Shown piece by piece: positions 54,401 through 61,669 of a stretch of 64,000 nt of DNA. The notes under the pieces are model-generated. The model did no database searches. It saw only the letters and a program-made list of their open reading frames with translations, and was not told the DNA's origin. The DNA is taken from positions 5,952,001-6,016,000 of the forward strand of contig NC_058368.1 in NCBI RefSeq assembly GCF_018350175.1, written 5' to 3'. The DNA is from Felis catus. Its lineage: Eukaryota. The translations under genes and the position numbers were made by a program. Every line of letters begins with the position of its first letter. Position 1 is the stretch's first letter.

Positions 54401-57400
54401 CTTATTGGTGGACCGACTCTCTTGTCATTACATAATAAAAAATGTTCCCTTCTATCTCTGGCAGTTTCATTTGCTCTGATGTCTACTTGATATGCTATTA
54501 ATAAAGCCACTCCTGACTTATCTTTACATGACATATCTTTTTCTATCTTTTACTTTTAACCTGCCTATACCATTATAATTAAAGTGAGTTTTGTATAGAA
54601 AACTTATATCATCCAGCATATGCTTGGATCATGTTTTTAATCCATTAGATAATATTCTAATCCAATATTTCAGGGCATTTAATATAATTATTGATTTTGT
54701 TTGTTTTTTTCTGATTTTGCTTTATTGTTTTTTCTTTCTCCTGCTTTCCTTTGGGTTACTTGAACATTTTTTTTAGAATTTCATTTTGATTTGATTGTTT
54801 TTTAGTATATTCCTCAGTGTATAACTATTGTAGTGGTTATTCCAGGCATTACATTATTTATGTGTAACTGCTCACAGTTTGTGTCATCTTACAAGTTTAA
54901 ACAAAATATAGAAGCCTCGCTTCCTTTTATGTCTCTTTACCCTCCTCTGTTACATACCTTATATATTTTCTTTCATACATTTACAACCACATCAGATAAC
55001 TTTATAATTTTTGTTTCAACCATCAAACATAATTTAGAAAGCTGAAGAGAAAAGAAGCGTATTGTATTTGGCCTTATTTTTGCTTATCATGTTCTTTATT
55101 CCTTGTTTCTTATGTTCCTTTTTTATGGTTTCCTTCCTTCCTTTAGCCATTCTTTACAGTACGTCTTGTGGCAACAAACTCTGTTATTTTTTTCCTTCAA
55201 TTGGGAATGTTTTAATTCTCTCTTCATTCTTGAAAAATATTTTTGCTTCATACATGATGCTGGACTGACAGTTCTTCCCTATCAGCATTTTTTAAATGTT
55301 ATGCCACTTCCTTCTGACCTCCATGGGTCTTTTTTAAATTTTTTTAATGTTTATTTTAGAGAGAGAGAGAGAGAGACAGAGCATGAGTGGGGGAGGGGCA
55401 GAAAGAGAGAGGGAGACACAGAATTGGAAGCAGGCTCCAGGCTCTGAGCTGTCAGCATAGAGCCCGACGCGGGGCTCGAACTCATGGACCGTGAGATCAT
55501 GACCTGAGCCAAAGTCGGATGCCTAACCGACTGAGACACCCAGGCTCCCCTGACCTCCATGGGTCTTAATAAGAGATCTGCTTTTATACAAATGGTCTTT
55601 CCCCTATAGGGAGTATCTTTTTTCTCTCAACTACTTTAAAATATTTTTTGTTTTCAGAAGTTTGATTATAATGTGTCTTTGTATGGATTTCTTTGGGTTT
55701 ATCCTTTTTGGTTCACTCAGCTTCTTAAATTTATAGTTTGTTTACGTTTTTTTTTTGGCAAATTTGTGAAGTTTTAGCCACTGTTTCTTCGGATAGTTTT
55801 TCAGCTCCACCCTCTTTTCCCCTTCCAGTAGCTCATGTCATGAATGTTAGTTCTTCGGTTATATTCCCACAGGTCTCTGAGGCTCTGTTCATTTTTTTTC
55901 TCAGCCTATTATCTCTGTTATTCAAGCTGGGCAATTTCTATTGCTTTATCTTTCAGTTCATGGATTCTTTCCTCTGTCCCTTCTATCCTGCTGTTGAGTT
56001 CATCACTTGAGAGTTTTTAATGCCTTAAGTACTTTTTGTACTTTTCAGTTCTAAAATTTCCATTGGGTCATCTATTTCTTTGCTGAGATTTTGTTTCTTT
56101 GCTGAGACTTTTTATATGTTCCTATTTGTTTCAAGAATGTTTGTAGTTGCTCATTGGAGTTTTTTTTTTTTCCAACGGATCCTTTAAAATCGCTTCCAGA
56201 TAATTCTAACATCTCGTTATCTTGGTGTTGGCATTAGCTGTCGTCTTTTCAATGAGTTTGAGATCCTCCTGGTTTCTGGCATAATAAGTGACTTTTTATT
56301 GGAATCTGGACATTTGGGGTATTATAAGATCTGGATATCATTTAAGCTTTCTGTGTTAGGTGGCTTCCTTTGACACCACTCTGACAGAGGAAGGTGTTGC
56401 CTCATTACTGCAAGATGGGGGTAGAAGGACAAGTTGCACACTTGGCCTCTGTTGACAGCCAAATGGGGAGGCCCCTTGTTATAGCTGGACAGGAGTGGGA
56501 GTTCTGGCTGCCCTGTGGGCCTCCATCATTGAAGAGATTGGAACACCTTATTACTGATGTCCATGTCGTCTCCACTGACACTGTGGAAAGAGGAGAGGGC
56601 CTTACTGCCACCCTTATTACAAAATCAAAGTCTTAGCTTCCTACTTGGTTTCTCACATCATCTTTGTGGCGGAGTTGGGTGCCTCATTTCAGCATGGTAA
56701 CGGTGGAAGTCAAGGCTTTACATTCAACCTTTGCTGGCAGAGGTGGGAATGGGACCATATTTTCACTCTGTGTCTGGCTGGGGTAGAGTGGCCATTGTCA
56801 AAGTTTCTGTCTTACTCTCTGCCCTTTTCCCAGTCCTTTGACTAGAGAAAGGAGGCTTTTGTTGGACCATCCTTTTTTGGGGTCTGTGTCCATTGGTTTT
56901 TCTGGGTTTTTGGTTTGTTAAGTCCCAAACCTGGTATATACAAGGCAAAAGGAAAACCCAGGGAACTCACCACCATGCTGTTCCATGGGTTCTAAGGTCC
57001 CACAATCTACCTTCTTCTGTCACTCTTTCAATGTTTTTCAGTGACACTTTCAATGTCTCCTTATAATTGTTTTCTACATAATGTCCAAACTTTTTAGTTG
57101 TACTTAGCAAGAAAATAGAAGAAAACATGTCTACTTCATTTCTCCTGAAACAGAAGTCTATAATTGCATTTTTAAAATTCAAGAAGGTACCACCAAACTA
57201 TCACAACAATTAGTACTGGGGATAAAGATGGGAGTTAGAAGATAGAGAAGGCTTAACAGACTGCCTAGGTTTCTGTACTGTTTGTATTATTTTTACAAAG
57301 ATGATGTATTACTTTAATAAATCCTAAATACATATTTTTCACTTTCAATCACACTAAAGTTTGCAAAAAAGATTAGCAGACATGTAAATATTCAAATGTA

Positions 57401-58174
57401 AAATCAGGGGCTTCCTTTCTGAAGCCAAGTGATAAAGCAAAGACTCAATTATTTTATTTATTTTTTATTTTTTATTTTTTGAGAGGAAGAGAGAAAGCAC
57501 ATGAACAGGGGAGAGGGATACAGAATCTTAAGTAGGCTCCACACTCCTCACAGATCCCGACACGGGGCTCAATCCTACAACCCTGGGATCATGACCTGGG
57601 CCAAAACCAAGAGTTGGACACTCAACTGACTGAGCCACTCAGGCACCCAAGACTCAATGATCTTAAAGATCAATGTCTTTTTTCCATTAATAGGAAGTTA
57701 ATTGGAAAACTATCTCCTTCCATTCATAATCACAAGTTACTCTGAAATTCAAATGATAGTTTAAAAAGCAGTGTTATATAAGATCACTCAGAGCTCATTT
57801 AGATTAATAATTATGATATTTATCATAAAGATAGTTATATTACCAAAGCACTAACAAAAATATCCTCAAAACAGCATGCTCAAAGGTATGTTATCCTTTA
57901 TGACCTGAATTTTATGACACTTTTTTCTTACCTAGTTCCTACTTGTTTTTTTTAAAGTACCCTGTAAATAACTGCTGAGGACTCATTACATCTACACCAG
58001 AGTAGTGAGATACTTTTCTTCATGAAAAATAAATAATTGGCACCTGACAAAACTTGACATTGTGAGCTTAAGCATAAAATCAGGATTTAAAAAGGTGTCT
58101 TTACCTGCCGTATTTTTAGGTTTGTCTCCCCATCCAGATTAGATGTTGCAACATAACATGTTGCCTCAGGTTCA
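7649..58174 (-). CDS. Partial multi-exon CDS (17 exons, 541 codons) of an ATP8A2-like P4-ATPase / phospholipid-transporting ATPase IB-like; 5' and 3' ends outside the window
   Basis: Spliced exons 58174-58105, 49238-49114, 47813-47702, 44807-44642, 39198-39071, 38061-37984, 32235-32147, 31899-31858, 31071-30996, 29486-29381, 28783-28701, 27418-27369, 24849-24780, 21139-21055, 19320-19181, 13990-13852, 7713-7649. All are flanked by AG/GT, phases are compatible and there are no stops. Motifs: [61 protein letters not shown]. Confidence 0.95.
8181..8410 (+). mobile_element. SINEC
   Basis: SINEC head and tail. Confidence 0.9.
8431..8619 (-). mobile_element. SINEC
   Basis: Reverse-complement SINEC ending cccaggccccc. 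Confidence 0.9.
8830..9019 (-). mobile_element. SINEC
   Basis: Reverse-complement SINEC ending ggcgcccc. Confidence 0.88.
9278..9962 (+). mobile_element. 5'-truncated carnivore L1 with internal (CA)n
   Basis: ORF2 C-terminus [11 protein letters not shown]...CTPMF; TSD aaaa(g/c)tctccatata at 9262-9276 and 9963-9977. Confidence 0.9.
10218..10424 (+). mobile_element. SINEC_Fc-type SINE
   Basis: Full head and tail; aagctttcag duplicated around the SINE plus microsatellite. Confidence 0.92.
10425..10629 (+). repeat. Compound purine microsatellite (GAAA)n(GGAA)n(GAAAAGAAA)n(GGGA)n
   Basis: Read directly. Confidence 0.97.
10900..11125 (-). mobile_element. MIR relic
   Basis: MIR core tatctccatttt...atgaggaaattgagg. 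Confidence 0.65.
12280..12460 (-). mobile_element. MIR relic
   Basis: cctatgagg...attatccccatcttacagacaagaagaagttga. Confidence 0.6.
12520..13215 (+). mobile_element. L2 3' relic
   Basis: L2-type text ending caatattcattaaatgaacgaatg. Confidence 0.65.
13852..13990 (-). CDS. ATP8A2-like exon (139 nt), P domain: [46 protein letters not shown]
   Basis: ctag/ acceptor, TAG/gtaat donor; GATAIED and LTGDKQETA motifs. Confidence 0.96.
14175..14400 (+). mobile_element. MIR relic
   Basis: gaggcagtgtagcatgatagttaaaagcatagact...ttgtgagagttaa. Confidence 0.65.
14415..15255 (+). mobile_element. Old eutherian L1 3' end (L1MB/L1ME-like)
   Basis: End of ORF2 plus 3' UTR terminating gtgaattatatctcaataaag. 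Confidence 0.8.
15802..17500 (+). mobile_element. 5'-truncated felid L1 (3' part of ORF2 with frameshifts, plus 3' UTR)
   Basis: ORF2 peptides [34 protein letters not shown] in ORFs 16186-17224. Confidence 0.95.
17507..17727 (+). mobile_element. SINEC inserted in the L1 A-tail
   Basis: aataatcaaaa duplicated on both sides. Confidence 0.9.
19181..19320 (-). CDS. ATP8A2-like exon (140 nt): [47 protein letters not shown]
   Basis: tcttacag/ acceptor, AAG/gtaac donor; GLRTL motif. Confidence 0.95.
19430..19840 (+). mobile_element. L2 3' relic
   Basis: Ends actcaatatctgtttattgaaggaagg. Confidence 0.6.
20365..20586 (-). mobile_element. SINEC
   Basis: Reverse-complement SINEC. Confidence 0.9.
21055..21139 (-). 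CDS. ATP8A2-like exon (85 nt): [28 protein letters not shown]
   Basis: T-rich...aatag/ acceptor, AAG/gtaagt donor; D-VIYERL...HLEYFA motif. Confidence 0.95.
22940..23165 (+). mobile_element. Young SINEC_Fc
   Basis: Near-identical to other young copies; TSD aagaaactataaaaaga. Confidence 0.95.
23187..23415 (+). mobile_element. Older SINEC with expanded (CT)n
   Basis: Degenerate SINEC head. Confidence 0.85.
24095..24319 (-). mobile_element. SINEC_Fc-type SINE
   Basis: Reverse-complement SINEC; aagctgtttt duplication. Confidence 0.92.
24780..24849 (-). CDS. ATP8A2-like exon (70 nt): [23 protein letters not shown]
   Basis: tcttag/ acceptor, GCT/gtaagt donor; RKRMSV and CKGA motifs. Confidence 0.96.
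24906..24947 (+). repeat. (CA)n microsatellite
   Basis: About 20 perfect CA units, ~55 nt from the acceptor of the 24780-24849 exon. Confidence 0.97.
25140..25335. repeat. (TA)n / AT-rich low-complexity tract
   Basis: Read directly. Confidence 0.9.
26170..26400 (+). mobile_element. Felid L1 3' UTR fragment
   Basis: actcatatgtggatcttgagaaacttaacagaag...caatttgacaataaa. Confidence 0.88.
26504..26731 (+). mobile_element. Young SINEC_Fc
   Basis: TSD agaaatgctcagatg; CpGs largely intact. Confidence 0.95.
27369..27418 (-). CDS. ATP8A2-like exon (50 nt): [16 protein letters not shown](S)
   Basis: cctatag/ acceptor, AG/gtaagc donor; LEFSS nucleotide-binding Phe. Confidence 0.93.
27568..27585 (-). 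promoter_or_regulatory. Candidate CTCF-binding motif
   Basis: Minus strand TGCCAGAAGAGGGCGCCA closely follows the CTCF core CCASYAGRKGGCRS; unique intronic DNA; no functional data. Confidence 0.45.
28163..28320. repeat. AT-rich palindromic tract with a 39-bp tandem duplication
   Basis: Units 28180-28218 and 28219-28257 differ at one base. Confidence 0.9.
28455..28650 (-). mobile_element. MIR relic
   Basis: attaactcatttagtcctcacaagaaccctgtga...gaaactgggg. Confidence 0.6.
28701..28783 (-). CDS. ATP8A2-like exon (83 nt): [28 protein letters not shown]
   Basis: ttggtag/ acceptor, GCT/gtgagt donor; DEAALV motif. Confidence 0.95.
29381..29486 (-). CDS. ATP8A2-like exon (106 nt): [35 protein letters not shown]
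   Basis: ttttttgtag/ acceptor, CAG/gtaggt donor; CHTVVPE and YQASSP motifs. Confidence 0.96.
30164..30385 (+). mobile_element. SINEC
   Basis: TSD aaaaga(t/c)cactttt. Confidence 0.9.
30704..30925 (-). mobile_element. Young SINEC_Fc
   Basis: TSD gccatatata; two mismatches versus the 26504 copy over the body. Confidence 0.95.
30996..31071 (-). CDS. ATP8A2-like exon (76 nt): [25 protein letters not shown]
   Basis: ttcctcag/ acceptor, CAC/gtaagt donor; F-DP-LL-N-E--H pattern and size of the ATP8A exon. Confidence 0.88.
31207..31520. mobile_element. Non-autonomous Tigger (Tigger2a-like) DNA transposon
   Basis: TA duplications at 31205-6 and 31521-2; terminal inverted repeats cagctgacgcttgaacaaca / tgtggttcaagggtgagctg. 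Confidence 0.85.
31858..31899 (-). CDS. Putative small symmetric exon (42 nt, phase 2-2): (G)[13 protein letters not shown](S)
   Basis: cgttttccctcag/ acceptor, AAG/gtaac donor, open in the required phase; sits where ATP8A1/2 have a ~45-nt exon; no sequence motif support. Confidence 0.7.
32147..32235 (-). CDS. ATP8A2-like exon (89 nt), phosphorylation site: [30 protein letters not shown]
   Basis: tctttag/ acceptor, GG/gtaagt donor; DKTGT encoded at 32217-32203. Confidence 0.97.
32590..35150 (+). mobile_element. L1 (RT domain to 3' UTR), degenerate, with (CA)n at 34621-34661
   Basis: ORF2 peptides [29 protein letters not shown] and KWDYIKLK; tail atactcaataaaaaaag. Confidence 0.92.
35170..36270 (-). 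mobile_element. Old L1 3' end (L1MB-like)
   Basis: Antisense 3' UTR and ORF2 end ([15 protein letters not shown]). Confidence 0.8.
35662..35877 (+). mobile_element. Young SINEC_Fc
   Basis: TSD agaacatgtgtgtata. Confidence 0.95.
36325..36543 (-). mobile_element. SINEC
   Basis: Reverse-complement SINEC. Confidence 0.9.
36930..37155 (-). mobile_element. MIR relic
   Basis: attacagatgaggaatcaagg core. Confidence 0.65.
37984..38061 (-). CDS. ATP8A2-like exon (78 nt): [26 protein letters not shown]
   Basis: ttgcag/ acceptor, CAG/gtgagg donor; [12 protein letters not shown] motif; overlaps ORF 37927..38112(-). Confidence 0.96.
39071..39198 (-). CDS. ATP8A2-like exon (128 nt), TM4: [43 protein letters not shown]
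   Basis: ttccacag/ acceptor, TGG/gtgagt donor; PISL motif of P4-ATPases. Confidence 0.96.
39340..40115 (-). mobile_element. 5'-truncated felid L1, sense to the gene
   Basis: ORF 39516..40112(-) is the ORF2 C-terminus ([29 protein letters not shown]). Confidence 0.95.
41820..42440 (+). mobile_element. MER58-like hAT relic carrying two tandem SINECs (41914-42105, 42110-42354)
   Basis: actactcaactctgctgttgtagc...ataaaactttatttacaaaaac; gaaag(t/c)aatcacatgtaa duplicated around the SINE pair. Confidence 0.75.
43258..43478 (+). mobile_element. SINEC
   Basis: TSD tcagaagagggtgg. Confidence 0.9.
44642..44807 (-). CDS. ATP8A2-like exon (166 nt), TM3: [55 protein letters not shown]
   Basis: gcag/ acceptor, G/gtaagt donor; overlaps ORF 44583..44852(-); [18 protein letters not shown] is ATP8A2-like. 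Confidence 0.95.
45263..45479 (+). mobile_element. SINEC
   Basis: TSD agattttaccagtaca. Confidence 0.92.
45765..45891 (-). mobile_element. Short SINEC
   Basis: Reverse-complement head only. Confidence 0.8.
47702..47813 (-). CDS. ATP8A2-like exon (112 nt): [37 protein letters not shown]
   Basis: cttttag/ acceptor, CAG/gtaa donor; LLRG-L-NT and VYTG-ETK motifs. Confidence 0.95.
48260..48486 (+). mobile_element. SINEC
   Basis: TSD aatgcttcc. Confidence 0.9.
48727..48944 (+). mobile_element. SINEC
   Basis: Full head and tail. Confidence 0.9.
49114..49238 (-). CDS. ATP8A2-like exon (125 nt): [42 protein letters not shown]
   Basis: ttttacag/ acceptor, AAG/gtat donor; IECEGPNRH motif of ATP8A proteins. 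Confidence 0.93.
49600..49805. mobile_element. MER5A-like hAT relic
   Basis: acacagattgctg...attcagtaggtctgaggtgg...atttgcatttc...gatgctggtc. Confidence 0.7.
50205..51270. mobile_element. Cluster of four SINECs: 50205-50395(+), 50408-50617(-), 50803-51028(+), 51037-51270(+)
   Basis: Four SINEC heads; the second and fourth are the young SINEC_Fc type. Confidence 0.92.
51715..57160 (-). mobile_element. Long degenerate old L1 (L1MC/L1MD-like) with a SINEC at 55331-55550(-)
   Basis: Continuous T-rich antisense L1 from the ORF2 end towards the 5' region; SINE TSD tgacctccatgggtctt. Confidence 0.8.
57451..57648 (-). mobile_element. SINEC
   Basis: TSD aagactcaat. Confidence 0.88.
58105..58174 (-). 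CDS. ATP8A2-like exon (70 nt), A domain: [23 protein letters not shown]
   Basis: ttag/ acceptor, CAG/gtaa donor; P4-ATPase DGET dephosphorylation motif. Confidence 0.95.
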
Positions 58175-58889
58175 CTAAGGAAAATAAAGCAAATAACATT
58201 GAATGAATATCTGTCAAAAAAACTAATTTCCCAATAATATGAACAATGAAATGGGACCTATATCAACAGCTCTGTTTCTTCAAAACCGAAAAGACCACAG
58301 TTAGTTTTCCGGGAGATATTAAGGCTGATACCACCAGCCTAAAATTCACCCTGTAGTAGAGAACTTTCTACCCTGTGTGATTACTCTTTAATCTCAGAAA
58401 GAGACATGGCTGACGGTGAACAGAGTATGTTATATAGGCCAGAACAGACCAGCATCACAACGAGGTCAAACTTAAAATTCTGTTCTTTTCTAAAATGTGT
58501 CCGTGGTAGTTCCCAAGAGCTCAGGCTCTATGGCCTTTATAATGAGGGTAAATCTTTAGGATAACTCTGGACAGAACTGAAGTCCTCAAACACTACACTT
58601 GGGCTTCTCCATTTCTATCTGACCTCACCAGTGAAGAAATTAACACTGAATTAACAAACATTTGTCTTGCCAGATTTTACTCCATGTCAAATGCAACTCA
58701 CTCATGAAAATTAATTATTTGGGGAGGCGGGGAGTGCCACAAAGAATAACAAAAATTGTCATTAAAGTCTTGATTTCAGTCTTATCTCTTTTGACTGTAT
58801 CTCATTCACAGCAGTATCAAGTTTAAAATAAAACAATCTATCAATTTTGCCAGCCAAGACCATATACCCCAAAATAAAAACAGATCTTC

Positions 58890-59464
58890 ATTAAGGATGT
58901 CAGTGATGTAACAAAGTAAGAACTTCCAAAAACTCGCTCCTCTATAAAACAATGAGATAACTGACAAAAATTATCAGAATCAAGTTTTTCACAACTCTGA
59001 AAATTAACTAAAGGTTTAAATCAATCGAGGGAGATTTTATTCAAGAAAAAAAAAGCCAAATCTTGTTGTTGTTTTTAAAGAGAGCTTTGTAATATTTTAA
59101 CTTCCTCCTGCTTTGGGCTCAGTAGCAGCTTTAAAAAATAACAGTCCACATTTCCGGTACTGAGGGAGCATAAAAGAGAATGACCTCTTTCAAAGCCTTA
59201 TTCCCAAAAAGTTATTATTTCACCTGTCTGGTGGTCTCTGGAAGGTCCCACCTGAAGGGCTGGTTTTCATCTGACTTAACCCAGAGCTTACCCAGTGCTC
59301 AAATCTAGGTAAACAGTGGTGGGTGTGGGAGAAACATTTTTGAGAACATTTACAGGAAAGTATTTTAATGTTGCAGCTATCTGAGGTGATGTATAAGTTA
59401 GGGAAAACAACAGACTAACCAAAAAGCCTAAAAGAAAAACTTTCTTTTTAAATTTTTATTTATT

Positions 59465-59519
<55 letters not shown>

Positions 59520-61000
59520 AAGAGCATGAGCATGAGCATGGAAGGGACAGAGAGAGAGGGAGACACAGAATCCAAAGCAGCCTCCAGGCTCTGAGCTGTC
59601 AGCACAGAGCCCGACGTGAGGCTCAAACTCATGCCCAGGTGCCCCCTAAAGAAAAACTTCTAATGAAAAGCAACAAAAAGAAATCCTGGGGAGGAGAGAG
59701 AATTTGATGGTCAGAGATGCCACAGTATATTACTTAAAATGTTCAATTTTCAACAAAAAAAAACATGAAACATGAAAACCATGAGCAGCAAATAAGTATG
59801 AACCATATACAGATTAAAAATCAATAGGAAGTCTTCCTGAACAAATCCAGACATTGAACTTACCAGACAGGTGTAAATCAGCTATACTAAATATGTTCAA
59901 ATAGCTGAAGGAAACTATGTCAAAAGAAATAACATATTAGAACGTGTCCCCTCAAATAGAGAATATCAATAAAGAATAGAAATTATAAAAAAGAAAGCAA
60001 ATAGAAATTCTGGGGTTGAAAAGTATGATAACTGAAACGAAAAATCCACTGCTCAGATTTGAGCAGACTCGAACTGGAAGATAGATCAATTGAGATAACT
60101 CAGGCTAAGAAATAAAAATTTAAGGGGCGCCTGGGTGGCGCAGTCGGTTAAGCATCCGACTTCAGCCAGGTCACGATCTCGCGGTCCGTGAGTTCGAGCC
60201 CCGCGTCAGGCTCTGGGCTGATGGCTCAGAGCCTGGAGCCTGTTTCCGATTCTGTGTCTCCCTCTCTCTCTGCCCCTCCCCCGTTCATGCTCTGTCTCTC
60301 TCTGTCCCAAAAATAAATAAACGTTGAAAAAAAAATTAAAAAAAAAAAAGAAATAAAAATTTAAAAGAATAAAAAAAAAAAAAAAACAGAGCCTCAGAGA
60401 CCTGTGGGACACAAACAAACATAGCAACACACATATAATGGGAGTCCCAAAAGAATTCAGAAAGGAGCAGAAAAAATATTTAAAGAAATGATACCCCAAA
60501 CTTCCTAAATTTGATGAAAAGCATTAATCTACACATCCAAGAAGCTCAACAAAATAAGCCTCCAAGTAAACTATTCTCAAAGAAACCACACCTAGACAAA
60601 TCCTAATCAAACTTGAAAATTAAAGCCAAAGAGAAAATCTTGAGAGCAACAAGAGAAAAGCTACTCACCACTTTGAAGAGATGATAAAAAAGACTATCAA
60701 ATCGTTCTCAGCAGAAACCTTCGAGGATAGAAGGTACTAGGATGACGTATTCAAAGCACTGGAAAAAAATTATCAACCAAGAATGCCATATCCAACAAAA
60801 CTACCTTTCAAAAAATGAAGAACAAATACTTTCCCAGATAAATAAAAACAAAGACATTATTGACAGCAGGCTTACCCTATAATAAATACTGAAGAGGTTT
60901 CTTCAGACTAAAGTGAAAGGTCAAAAGGCAGTATCTCAATCCACATGGAGAAAAAAAGAGTACCATTAAAAGTACCATGTAGGTAAATATAAAAGACATA
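58890..61000 (+). mobile_element. Old L1 5'/ORF1 relic with nested SINECs at 59445-59646(-) and 60124-60349(+, young)
   Basis: ORF1-like agagcctcagagacctgtgggac; young SINE TSD aagaaataaaaatttaa. Confidence 0.75.
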
Positions 61001-61131
61001 TATGGCACATATATATATGTAATATATATACACACAGTATATATATATATATACACATATATATATATGACCATATATATTTTATATAAGTAAATATAAA
61101 AGATAGATATATATACTTATATATGTATATA

Positions 61132-61183
<52 letters not shown>
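60995..61183. repeat. (TA)n/(TG)n microsatellite tract
   Basis: Read directly. Confidence 0.95.
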
Positions 61184-61186
<3 letters not shown>

Positions 61187-61252
61187 TTATTGCTTGTAAC
61201 TTTTTCCTCCTTATTTAAAAGTCAACTGATTTCCTAATAAGAAAAAAAAAAC

Positions 61253-61660
61253 TGTTGTGGTTACCCTTTAGAAGCAGGATCAGCCAGCCACCCACCCAAA
61301 ATTTGGTTTGAGTGTCAAAACTGATGATGCCACAAACACACCAAAAGGGTGGGAAGATTTATTATACACATGATGAGGTTTTCTGGGGAGAAGAGGGCAG
61401 ACCTTTGAAGCTGATCCAGAAATGCCTTAAGAGAGCAGGTAAAGGAGACAGGCTTAGGGGTGGGGCTTTTTTGGTGGTTAGGGAGGAAGCCCTCACTCAA
61501 GCAGAGGCTTACATGATTTGAAACTCCTGCAGGTGCCAAAGGAGGGAGCACGCAGGCTTTTCTGTCAGCCAGTCTAGACATGGGGCAGAAGGGGAAGAGG
61601 AAAGGAGGCTTAAAAGCTGTCAGCAAAGATCCAAAAATGGAGTCAGACTCCTTATTATTA
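61253..61660 (-). mobile_element. ERVL-class solo LTR (MER54-like)
   Basis: caaaatttggttt...actgatgatgccaca...tttattatacacat pattern, by recall. Confidence 0.5.
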
Positions 61661-61669
61661 AAAAATATA

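Noticed and set aside
7649..58174. Calling the gene ATP8A2 or ATP8A1 outright
   Set aside because: Divergence from both recalled sequences is far greater than expected between mammalian orthologs, so the symbol is left blank.
7649..58174. Calling the gene a pseudogene
   Set aside because: No stop, frameshift or broken GT/AG in 17 consecutive exons; lesions outside the window cannot be excluded.
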